A stretch of DNA of 64,000 nt from Acidimicrobiales bacterium (GTDB lineage: Bacteria; Actinomycetota; Acidimicrobiia; Acidimicrobiales; Ilumatobacteraceae). Both the position numbers and the translations under genes were made by a program. Positions 25,966 through 34,318 of the stretch are shown in pieces. The stretch lies in assembly GCA_038234785.1 (NCBI GenBank), contig JBBQTC010000004.1, forward strand, positions 20,173 to 84,172, read 5' to 3'. How positions within the stretch are numbered: the stretch's first letter is position 1; each line of letters begins with the position of its first letter. The notes beneath the pieces were generated by a model. It made no database searches. It had not been told where the DNA came from and saw only the letters and a list, made by a program, of their open reading frames with translations.

Positions 25966-26913
25966 GTGACCGAGCGCGGGGTCGTGCTCGACACGTACGG
26001 CGAGCGGCTGCTCGACGACATCGCCCTGTCCGCCGAGCTCGGTCTCCAACGCGTGCGCCTCGATGTGCCCTGGGCCGCCACGCAGCCACGCGCCGGAACG
26101 TGGGACGGCGACGTCATCGAGCGCGTGCATCACGCCGCGGAAGTCGCTCGCTCGCAGGGTCTGGCTCCTTGGTTCCGCCTGCTCCAACCCGCCGTCCCCC
26201 ACTGGTTCGAGAACGAGGGCGGCTTCACCGACGACCGCACAGCCGCTGCGTGGTGGCCACGATGGGTGGAGTTGGCGGCGGAGCGCTTCGGCGACGTCGC
26301 TGCAGGGTGGATCCCGTTCGAGGCACCGTTCGCGATGAGCAATCGGCTCATCCCTGACGACCCTCGCACGCACGGCGAACTCGTCCTCCATCTCGTCGTT
26401 GCATGGCGAGACGCCTGGCGGATCCTGCACGGTGTGCACCCCATCGCGACCTCGCTGGACGTGGCGATCGAGCGACCCGACGACCCGTCGCCCACGGCGG
26501 CGGCGGAAGCTCGTCGCCGCGAGCAGTTGCGCTGGACCATGTGGCTCGATGCGTTCGACGACGGCATCGTGCGCATACCGGGGCGGGCCGATCGCGAACT
26601 CGCCGACCTCGCCGGCTCGTGCGACATCATCGGCCTCGCCATGCGGCGCGACGTCGAGACATGTCTCTATCGAACCGGCGAGCGGTCACCGGAGCGGCCC
26701 ATTGCGGTCACGTTCCGCCCGGTCGGCGACACCGACGGCGAGCGGGCGCAGAGCATCGAGGGCATGTGGCGCGAGGTCCGCCGGGCCGGCGATCAGTTGA
26801 CGATCGATGCCGTCACGATCACCCCGTTCGCGGACTCACCCGACACCCCTGGCATCGTCACCAGCGACCGCGAGTTGAAGGACAGCGGCAACGCGTTCGT
26901 GACCGCGGACTGA
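25966..26913 (+). CDS. Glycoside hydrolase family 1-like protein, N-terminally short and apparently lacking the nucleophile Glu
   Basis: GTG at 25966, 8 nt after the cyclase stop (start uncertain). GH1-like strands RVRLDVPWAATQP, PWFRLLQPAVPHWFENEGGF, WIPFEAPF (in place of T.NEP). IAVTFRPVG sits where GH1 enzymes have I/TENG. Confidence 0.6.
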   Translation: MTERGVVLDTYGERLLDDIALSAELGLQRVRLDVPWAATQPRAGTWDGDVIERVHHAAEVARSQGLAPWFRLLQPAVPHWFENEGGFTDDRTAAAWWPRWVELAAERFGDVAAGWIPFEAPFAMSNRLIPDDPRTHGELVLHLVVAWRDAWRILHGVHPIATSLDVAIERPDDPSPTAAAEARRREQLRWTMWLDAFDDGIVRIPGRADRELADLAGSCDIIGLAMRRDVETCLYRTGERSPERPIAVTFRPVGDTDGERAQSIEGMWREVRRAGDQLTIDAVTITPFADSPDTPGIVTSDRELKDSGNAFVTAD

Positions 26914-26917
26914 ACGG

Positions 26918-28330
26918 TCAGCTACGCCCGCGGTAGGTGGCACCGCTGGAGCCACCGGCGCCGTCCTTGTTGAGCCGCTTGGACAGGTGGAGGCCTTCGA
27001 GCACGAACTCGACCGCGGCAGCAATCGCCGCGGGCGATTCGTCGCCCCCGGTGAGCTGCTGCACCGGGGCCCGGAGCGCGGGCACGTCGACCACGAGTTG
27101 AGCGAGCGTCGCCGACGCGATGTCCTCGCCGGTGTGGGCGACGACGCCTTCCTCGAATGCCGCGACGACCTCGCGGACCTGGTCCGGCGCGACGAGTTCT
27201 TTGAAGACGGTGAGGACCGCTGCCTTGACGAGGTTCTCGAGGATGACACCTTCGCGGCCCTCCTCGAGCGACTCGATCTCGACCTTGCCGCTGGTGCTGG
27301 CCGCCAGCGCCGACAGATCGCTGACGCGAGGCACGACGGTGCGCTCGCCGGCACGCAACGCCCGCCGTAGTGCGTTGGCACCGAGCACCTCGACGTTGCT
27401 GACCGACAGCCGCACGCTGACGCCGCTGCGCTGGTTCACCTGGTTGCTCGACCGAGCGAGCTGACTGAACGTGGCCACCACGTGTTCCATGTAGTCCGGG
27501 GTGGTGACGGTGACGTCACCGACCGACGGCGGGCGGGCCTCTTGACGCATGATCGCCATCTCGGTCGCCGCGTCGAGCGGGTAGTGGGTGCGGATCTGGC
27601 TGCCGAAGCGGTCCTTCAACGGGGTGATGATCCGGCCCCGGTTCGTGTAGTCCTCCGGGTTGGCCGACGCGACCAGCAGTACATCGAGCGGCAGGCGGAT
27701 CTTGTAGCCCCGGATCTGCACGTCGCGCTCCTCGAGCACGTTGAGCAGACCGACCTGGATGCGCTCGGCGAGATCAGGAATCTCGTTGATCGCGAACACA
27801 CCACGATTGGTGCGCGGCACGAGCCCGTAGTGCAGCGTGAGCTCGTCGCTGAGATAGCGGCCCTCGGCGACCTTGATCGGGTCGACTTCGCCGATGAGGT
27901 CGGCGATGGAGGTGTCGGGCGTGGCCAGCTTCTCGCCGAAGCGATCCGAGCGGTGCACCCAATGGATCGGTGTCGCGTCGCCCATCTCGGCGATCAGGTC
28001 GCGGGCGTGACGGCTCACCGGGTGATACGGATCGTCGTTGATCTCGCTGCCCTCGACGATGGGCATGAACTCGTCGAGCAGACCCGTGAGCGAGCGGATC
28101 ATGCGTGTTTTGGCCTGGCCGCGTTCGCCGAGGAAGATGACGTCGTGCCCGGCGAGCAACGCGTTCTCGAGCTGGGGCATCACGGTCTGCTCGTACCCGA
28201 GCACGCCTTCGAAGAGCGGCTCGCCGGCGGCGATCTTGGCCACCGCATTGCGCCGAATCTCTTCCTTGACCGGCACGGACTGCCAACCCGATGCCTTCAG
28301 ATCACCCAATGTGGACGGACGGTTCCCCAT
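26918..28330 (-). CDS. AAA+ ATPase, ChlI/BchI (Mg-chelatase)-like, deviant Walker A/B
   Basis: IFLGERGQAKTRMIR (Walker A with Ala for the usual Gly), GVFAINEIPDL (Walker B with Asn-Glu), LLVASANPEDY..RGRIITPLKDRFG (sensor/Arg region), as in BchI-type AAA+ proteins. Confidence 0.8.
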   Translation of the reverse strand: MGNRPSTLGDLKASGWQSVPVKEEIRRNAVAKIAAGEPLFEGVLGYEQTVMPQLENALLAGHDVIFLGERGQAKTRMIRSLTGLLDEFMPIVEGSEINDDPYHPVSRHARDLIAEMGDATPIHWVHRSDRFGEKLATPDTSIADLIGEVDPIKVAEGRYLSDELTLHYGLVPRTNRGVFAINEIPDLAERIQVGLLNVLEERDVQIRGYKIRLPLDVLLVASANPEDYTNRGRIITPLKDRFGSQIRTHYPLDAATEMAIMRQEARPPSVGDVTVTTPDYMEHVVATFSQLARSSNQVNQRSGVSVRLSVSNVEVLGANALRRALRAGERTVVPRVSDLSALAASTSGKVEIESLEEGREGVILENLVKAAVLTVFKELVAPDQVREVVAAFEEGVVAHTGEDIASATLAQLVVDVPALRAPVQQLTGGDESPAAIAAAVEFVLEGLHLSKRLNKDGAGGSSGATYRGRS

Positions 28331-28428
28331 GCGCCGACCCTACCGCGAGATCTCGGGGATGCTCAGTTGGGGACCAGACTCGAGCGAGCCGTCGACGCCG
28401 GTAGCTCGCGACCCTCTACGCTCCTCCC

Positions 28429-30552
28429 GTGGAGTTGTCGGGGGAATGGCGAGCATGCGTCGCCGACGATGATGTGCGGCGCGACGGGGTCGGTCTCGAT
28501 CACGACGACCACCTGTGGCCACGAATCGCCGTGCCGGGGCACTGGCGCAGCGAGCCGGAGTTCGGCGACAGCGACGGTCCGCTGCTGTATCGACATCGCT
28601 TCCACCTCGACGTCCCGCCGGAGGGTCGGCGCCGCTTCATCACACTGGAGGGCGTGTTCTACCAGGCAGACGTCTGGCTCGACGGCGCGTACATCGGGGA
28701 CCCGGAGGGGTACTTCTTCCCGCACACCTTCGATGTCACCGATCTCGCGCGGCTGACGACCGACCACGTGCTGGCCATCGAGGTCGCGTGCGCGCCGCAA
28801 CGCCACCGATCGGCGAAACGGAACATCACCGGGGCACTCCAGCACAGCGACATGCTGGACCCCGACTGGAACCCCGGCGGCCTGTGGCGGCCGGTCCAAC
28901 TCGAGGAGACCGGCGCGGTTCGCATCGACCGGCTGCGTGTGCTCTGCCGCGATGCGAACGATGCCCGCGCCCACCTCCGCGTCCACGCCCGTCTCGACGC
29001 CGACCTGCAGCGCACCATCGTGATCCGCACGTCCGTCGACGGGGAGGTCGTCGCGGAGCAAGCGCGGTCGCTGGCCAAGGGACTGAACGAGGTCGACTGG
29101 GACCTCGACGTCAACGACCCCGAGTTGTGGTGGCCCTGGAGCCTCGGCGCGCAGCCCCTCACCACGGTCGAGGTCGACGTGCTGGTGGATGGTGAGGTCA
29201 GTCACCATCGCTCGCTGCGCACCGGCCTCCGTGAGGTCTCCCTGCACGAGTGGGTCTTCTCCGTCAACGGCGAGCCCCTGTTCGTCAAGGGCGCCAACGT
29301 CGCACCGACGCGTCAGGCGCTCGCGGAGGCGACCGAGGGGGAGGTGCGGCGCGACGTCGAGCTCGCGCGAGAGGCGGGCCTCGATCTCATTCGCGTCAAC
29401 GGCCACATCGCCAGACCGGAGCTGTACGAGGCGGCCGACGAGCTCGGGATGCTCGTCTGGCAGGACTTCCCGTTGCAGTGGGGGTACGCCCGCACCATCC
29501 GCAAGGAAGCGGTACGCCAGGCGCGAGAAGCCGTCGACCTGCTGGGCCACCACCCCAGCGTCGCCGTGTGGTGCGCACACAACGAGCCGCTCCCGGCCGA
29601 CGACACCCGCGAGAGGGTGTTCGGCAGTTCCGTGCTCCGACACGTGATCAACCAGCAGGCACCCACCTGGAACAAGAGCATCCTCGACCGCTGGGTGAAG
29701 CGTGCGTTCGAGTCCGCCGACGAGACGCGCGCGGTCATCGCCCACAGCGGGGTCGCCCCGCACCTGCCCCAGCTCACCGGGACGGACAGCCACCTGTTCT
29801 TCGGCTGGTACCACGGCGACGAACGCGACCTGGCGGGCTTCGCGGCCACCGTCCCGCGCATGGTCCGCTTCGTCAGTGAGTTCGGCGCTCAGTCGGTGCC
29901 GTTCACCGCCGACTTCATGCAGCCCGAGCGTTGGCCGGCGCTGGACTGGGAGCGCCTCACCGAACATCACGGGCTGCAGCGCGATGCGTTCGACGAGCAC
30001 GTGCCGCCCCACGATCACGCCACGTTCACGTCATGGCGCGACGCGACCCAGCGATATCAGGCGGACCTCCTGCGCCACCACATCGAGCTGCTCCGCCGAC
30101 TGAAGTACCGACCCACCGGCGGGTTCTGCTTCCTCAACCTCAACGACGCGCACCCGGCGATCTCGTGGAGCGTGCTGGACCACCACCGCCATCCCAAGCC
30201 GGCGTACCAGGCGGTCCTCGAGGCATGCCGGCCGGTGATCGTCGTCGCCGACCGGTTGCCCGAGCAGGTGATCGCCGGCGACACGCTCGCGCTCGACGTC
30301 CACGTGATCAGCGACCTGCGGACGCTGCTCGAGCAGGTGACGTGCACGGCGACCTTGCGCTGGGCCGGCGGCAGCCACCAGTGGGCGTGGACGGGCGACA
30401 TCCCGCCGGACGACTGCGTGCGCGTCGCGACCGCGCAGTTCGTGGTGCCCGACACCGCCGGCGACCTGTGGTTCGACCTCACGCTGGAGCACGGCGACGT
30501 CGCGGCGACGAACCGCTACACCACCACCATCGCTGCCCGCGTCCGCAGCTGA
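28429..30552 (+). CDS. Glycoside hydrolase family 2 (beta-mannosidase/beta-galactosidase-like)
   Basis: GTG start. LSGEWR...VPGHW N-terminal sugar-binding domain, acid/base WCAHNEP, nucleophile SEFGAQS. Confidence 0.85.
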   Translation: MELSGEWRACVADDDVRRDGVGLDHDDHLWPRIAVPGHWRSEPEFGDSDGPLLYRHRFHLDVPPEGRRRFITLEGVFYQADVWLDGAYIGDPEGYFFPHTFDVTDLARLTTDHVLAIEVACAPQRHRSAKRNITGALQHSDMLDPDWNPGGLWRPVQLEETGAVRIDRLRVLCRDANDARAHLRVHARLDADLQRTIVIRTSVDGEVVAEQARSLAKGLNEVDWDLDVNDPELWWPWSLGAQPLTTVEVDVLVDGEVSHHRSLRTGLREVSLHEWVFSVNGEPLFVKGANVAPTRQALAEATEGEVRRDVELAREAGLDLIRVNGHIARPELYEAADELGMLVWQDFPLQWGYARTIRKEAVRQAREAVDLLGHHPSVAVWCAHNEPLPADDTRERVFGSSVLRHVINQQAPTWNKSILDRWVKRAFESADETRAVIAHSGVAPHLPQLTGTDSHLFFGWYHGDERDLAGFAATVPRMVRFVSEFGAQSVPFTADFMQPERWPALDWERLTEHHGLQRDAFDEHVPPHDHATFTSWRDATQRYQADLLRHHIELLRRLKYRPTGGFCFLNLNDAHPAISWSVLDHHRHPKPAYQAVLEACRPVIVVADRLPEQVIAGDTLALDVHVISDLRTLLEQVTCTATLRWAGGSHQWAWTGDIPPDDCVRVATAQFVVPDTAGDLWFDLTLEHGDVAATNRYTTTIAARVRS

Positions 30553-30567
30553 GCCCGCATCGAACTT

Positions 30568-30604
30568 GAGGGTTACGCCGCCACCAGGTGGCGTTGTAAC
30601 CCTC
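30568..30604. terminator. Candidate bidirectional terminator hairpin between the convergent GH2 gene and sdhB
   Basis: GAGGGTTAC gccgccaccaggtggcgtt GTAACCCTC: a 9-bp outer stem plus inner CGCCA/TGGCG pairing. No clear U-tract. Confidence 0.5.
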
Positions 30605-30617
30605 ACGAACGCGGCCG

Positions 30618-31406
30618 TCAGATCTGAGCGATGAGCTTGCGGTTCTTGACCTTGGCCTTGAGGTAGTCGCGGTTCATCAGTGCGATCACATCGATGCTGA
30701 TGCTCTTCGGGCAGGCTGCCTCGCACTCGCCGTGGTTGGTGCACGAGCCGAACTGCTCGTCCATCGCCTCGACCATCGCCTCGACACGACTCCACCGCTC
30801 GGCCTGGCCCTGGGGCAGCAGGTTGAGGTGCGCGACCTTGGCGCCGGTGAACAGGTTTGCGGCACCGTTCGGGCACGCGGCCACGCAGGCACCGCAGCCG
30901 ATGCACTCGGCAGCGTCCATCGCCGCGTCGGCCACCGGCTTGGCCACCGGGATGAGGTTCGCATCCGGTGCGCCACCCGTGGGAGCGGTGATGAATCCGC
31001 CCTGCTCGATGATGCGGTCGAACGCAGTCCGATTCACCATCAGGTCCTTGATGATCGGGAATGCGGTGGCCCGCCATGGCTCGATCACGATCTCCTGATC
31101 GGAGTGGAACTTGCGCATGTGCAACTGACATGTCGCCGTGCCGCGCTGGGGACCGTGCGCCTGCCCGTCGATCATCAGCGAACAGGTGCCGCAGATGCCC
31201 TCGCGACAGTCGTGGTCGAACACGATCGCTTCGCGGCCCTCGGCGATGAGCTTCTCGTTGAGCACGTCGAGCATCTCGAGGAAGGACGCCTCGTCGCTGA
31301 TGCTGTCGATGCGGTAGCTCTCGAACTTGCCGGGATCCGACGGCCCGGTCTGCCGCCAGATCTTGAGCGTGAGGTTCGTGAGGTGGTTTCCGTGCGCTGC
31401 GTTCAC
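30618..31406 (-). CDS. sdhB: Succinate dehydrogenase / fumarate reductase iron-sulfur subunit
   Basis: GTG at 31406 overlaps the sdhA stop (GTGA). Cys clusters [33 protein letters not shown]. Confidence 0.9.
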   Translation of the reverse strand: MNAAHGNHLTNLTLKIWRQTGPSDPGKFESYRIDSISDEASFLEMLDVLNEKLIAEGREAIVFDHDCREGICGTCSLMIDGQAHGPQRGTATCQLHMRKFHSDQEIVIEPWRATAFPIIKDLMVNRTAFDRIIEQGGFITAPTGGAPDANLIPVAKPVADAAMDAAECIGCGACVAACPNGAANLFTGAKVAHLNLLPQGQAERWSRVEAMVEAMDEQFGSCTNHGECEAACPKSISIDVIALMNRDYLKAKVKNRKLIAQI

Positions 31407-33322
31407 TTGTAGCTCCGCTTGGCGAGGTGGATGGTCTCGAATTCGAGTTCTTCGACGTTGCGGATGGCGTGCATCGGGTCGCCCGTCCATTCCCAGGCGG
31501 CGACGTGCGCGAAGTTCTCGTCGTCGCGCTGCGCCTCGCCCTCTTCGTCCTGGTATTCGGCCCGGAAGTGTCCGCCGGCGCTCTCACGACGTTCGAGAGC
31601 ATCGCGACACATCAACATGCCGAGCTGGAAGAAGTCGTCGACGCGGCCGGCCTTCTCGAGCGTCTGGTTGGTGCTGGCACCGTCGCCCGTCACCCGGAGA
31701 TCCTTCTGGAACTCCTCATACAGCGGGGGCAGTTCGCTGAGCGCCTTCTGCAGCCCCTGCTCGGTGCGCTCCATGCCGCAGTAGTCCCAGATGATCTTGC
31801 CGAGCTCGCGGTGGAACCAATCCGGTGAACGGGTGCCCTTGATGTCGAGATAGCGCTGGTACCGCCCCCGGGCCTCGGCCTCGGCGGCGAGGAACCCGGG
31901 ATGATCGACGCCCGGGATCGGCTTGTTGAGCATCGGTGCGAGGTAGTTGCCGATGGTGTACGGCAGGACGAAGTACCCGTCGGCCAGACCCTGCATGAGC
32001 GCCGACGCGCCGAGCCGGTTGGCACCGTGATCGCTGAAGTTCGCCTCGCCGGCGCAGTAGAGACCGGGGATCGTGGTCATCAGCTCGTAGTCGACCCACA
32101 GGCCACCCATGGTGTAGTGGCTCGCCGGGTAGATGCGCATCGGCACGTCGTAAGGGTTCTCGCCTGCGATCCGTTCGTACATCTCGAACAGGTTCCCGTA
32201 GCGCTCCTGCACGACCTCCTTGCCGAGCCGGCCGATGGCCGCCGCGAAGTCGAGGTACACACCGTTCTTGAGCGGACCCACGCCGCGACCGCTGTCGACC
32301 GCGCGCTTGGCCGCGCGCGAGGAGATGTCGCGCGGGGCGAGGTTGCCAAAGCTCGGGTAGAGGCGCTCGAGGTAGTAGTCGCGGTCGTCTTCGGGGATCT
32401 CGTTCGCGGGGCGGGTCTCGCCGAGGTTCTTCGGCACCCACACGCGACCGTCGTTGCGCAGCGACTCGCTCATCAGGGTGAGCTTGGACTGCGTGTCGTC
32501 GGCCTGAGGGATGCAGGTGGGGTGGATCTGCGTGTAGCACGGGTTCGCGAAGTAGGCGCCGTTGCGGTGCGCTCGCCATGCCGCGGTGACGTTGCAGTTC
32601 ATCGCGTTGGTGGAGAGGAAGAACACGTTGCCGTATCCGCCGGTGGCGAGCACGGTTGCATGCGCGGCGTGCGAAGTGATCTCGCCGTTGACGAGATCGC
32701 GCACCACGATGCCGGCGCATTGACCGTCGATCACCACCGTGTCCACCAACTCGCAGCGGTTGAAGAGCCGGACGTTGCCGAGGCCGATCTGACGGGCCAG
32801 CTGCTGGTACGCGCCGAGCAGCAACTGCTGGCCGGTCTGGCCGCGTGCGTAGAACGTACGGCTGACCTGGGCGCCGCCGAAGCTGCGGTTGTCGAGGAGA
32901 CCGCCGTACTCGCGAGCGAACGGCACGCCCTGGGCGACCATCTGGTCGATGATGTCGACGCTCACCTGGGCGAGGCGGTACACGTTGGCCTCGCGGGAGC
33001 GGAAGTCGCCACCCTTGACCGTGTCATAGAAGAGGCGGTGGATGCTGTCGCCGTCGCCGTGGTAGTTCTTCGCAGCGTTGATGCCGCCCTGCGCCGCGAT
33101 CGAGTGGGCGCGGCGCGGCGAGTCGTGGAACGTGAACACGTCGACCTGATAGCCGAGCTCGGCGAGGCTCGCCGCCGCCGACGCGCCGGCCAGGCCCGAG
33201 CCGACGACGATGATCTTGAACTTGCGCTTGTTGTTCGGGTTGACCAGCTTCATGCCGGTCTTGTAGTTGTCCCACTTGTCGGCGATGGCGCCATCTGGGA
33301 TCTTGCTGTCGAGTGCAGTCAT
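31403..33322 (-). CDS. sdhA: Succinate dehydrogenase / fumarate reductase flavoprotein subunit
   Basis: ATG at 33322 (MTALDSK). FAD fold [15 protein letters not shown], covalent-FAD His in [14 protein letters not shown]. The track ORF to 33673 is an extension. Confidence 0.93.
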   Translation of the reverse strand: MTALDSKIPDGAIADKWDNYKTGMKLVNPNNKRKFKIIVVGSGLAGASAAASLAELGYQVDVFTFHDSPRRAHSIAAQGGINAAKNYHGDGDSIHRLFYDTVKGGDFRSREANVYRLAQVSVDIIDQMVAQGVPFAREYGGLLDNRSFGGAQVSRTFYARGQTGQQLLLGAYQQLARQIGLGNVRLFNRCELVDTVVIDGQCAGIVVRDLVNGEITSHAAHATVLATGGYGNVFFLSTNAMNCNVTAAWRAHRNGAYFANPCYTQIHPTCIPQADDTQSKLTLMSESLRNDGRVWVPKNLGETRPANEIPEDDRDYYLERLYPSFGNLAPRDISSRAAKRAVDSGRGVGPLKNGVYLDFAAAIGRLGKEVVQERYGNLFEMYERIAGENPYDVPMRIYPASHYTMGGLWVDYELMTTIPGLYCAGEANFSDHGANRLGASALMQGLADGYFVLPYTIGNYLAPMLNKPIPGVDHPGFLAAEAEARGRYQRYLDIKGTRSPDWFHRELGKIIWDYCGMERTEQGLQKALSELPPLYEEFQKDLRVTGDGASTNQTLEKAGRVDDFFQLGMLMCRDALERRESAGGHFRAEYQDEEGEAQRDDENFAHVAAWEWTGDPMHAIRNVEELEFETIHLAKRSYK

Positions 33323-33324
33323 GG

Positions 33325-34089
33325 TCACTTCCCTACGATCCCGGCCAGGACGGCGATCGGGAACGAGACGTTGCCCACCACGATGATGGTGGCGAATCCG
33401 GTGGCCAGCTGACGCCGCCACTTGTTGAACCTGGGGTTGTTCCAGCCGAGCGACTGGAACAGGCTCCAGACCCCGTGGAAGAGGTGGATGCCGAGCGCGA
33501 TGTTGGCCACGATGTAGAGGACGGCCACCGGCACCCGCTCGAGGCTGCGCACGACGTTGCCGTAGGCGTCGCCGCGCACGAAGCTGCCGTCGTTGCCCAC
33601 CGCGTTGGCGAAGCCCCAGGTGAGATCGGCCAGGTGCCACAGCACGAACAGGAACACGATGATGCCCGTCCAACGCATCGTGCGGCTGGCGAACGACGCC
33701 ACCTGATAGTCACGCGGGCTCTGATACTTCACGGAGCGGGCACGACGATTGAGGCGGGTGAGGCCGTACGCGGCGTGGATGTGGACGACCACGGCCAGGA
33801 ACAGCCCGCCACGCATCAGCCACAGCACGACGGTGCGCGGCAGGATCGGGACGAGCAGTTCGCGCAGGAACTCGGCGTAGTGGTTGAAGTCCTGCGGCCC
33901 GAGGTACATCTTCAGGTTGCCGACCATGTGGGCGAAGACGAAGCCGAGCAGCATGATGCCGGTGATCGCCATGGCGTACTTCTTGCCCACGGCCGTGCCG
34001 TAGAGATCGAGCACGAATGAACGGCGCCGCTTCTTCGGGCTGGTGGCGGTGCCGCTGACGGGCTCCCGCGACTGGATTGCCTGTGCCAT
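33325..34089 (-). CDS. sdhC: Succinate dehydrogenase cytochrome b subunit (single large multi-TM anchor, b558-type; no sdhD)
   Basis: ATG at 34089 with AGGAG upstream. Five hydrophobic helices with conserved His residues. Stop lies 2 nt before the sdhA start. Confidence 0.8.
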   Translation of the reverse strand: MAQAIQSREPVSGTATSPKKRRRSFVLDLYGTAVGKKYAMAITGIMLLGFVFAHMVGNLKMYLGPQDFNHYAEFLRELLVPILPRTVVLWLMRGGLFLAVVVHIHAAYGLTRLNRRARSVKYQSPRDYQVASFASRTMRWTGIIVFLFVLWHLADLTWGFANAVGNDGSFVRGDAYGNVVRSLERVPVAVLYIVANIALGIHLFHGVWSLFQSLGWNNPRFNKWRRQLATGFATIIVVGNVSFPIAVLAGIVGK

Positions 34090-34318
34090 CTCCTGACGGC
34101 CTTTCCTCGACGGATAGGGGTATGCCTTGGGAACGGTAGCCCTCTCGACCTGTCCGGACGAACTTTGCCCGGAGCAGGACATGAAGGACACGAGCGCCGA
34201 CGCGATGTGACCGACGACACCCAAAGTTCGTCGGGCGGCACGGGAATCAATACACTCTCCACGTTTGCCCCAACCAAGCGTGGCTCTTCGCCGCGCCCGA
34301 GATACCCCGGAGTCACCG

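Noticed and set aside
28363-30018. Very long ORFs antisense to, or out of frame with, well-supported genes. Examples: 28363..30018 opposite the GH2 gene, 34469..36382 opposite hppA, 41990..44611 and 44808..46880 opposite the acyltransferases, 17617..19626 opposite pstC/pstS, and 13007..14971 opposite regX3/senX3.
   Set aside because: Stop codons are rare in off-frames at this GC content. The translations are Arg/Gly/Ala/Pro/His-rich low-complexity sequence with no recognisable motifs. The opposite-strand genes carry clear family signatures.
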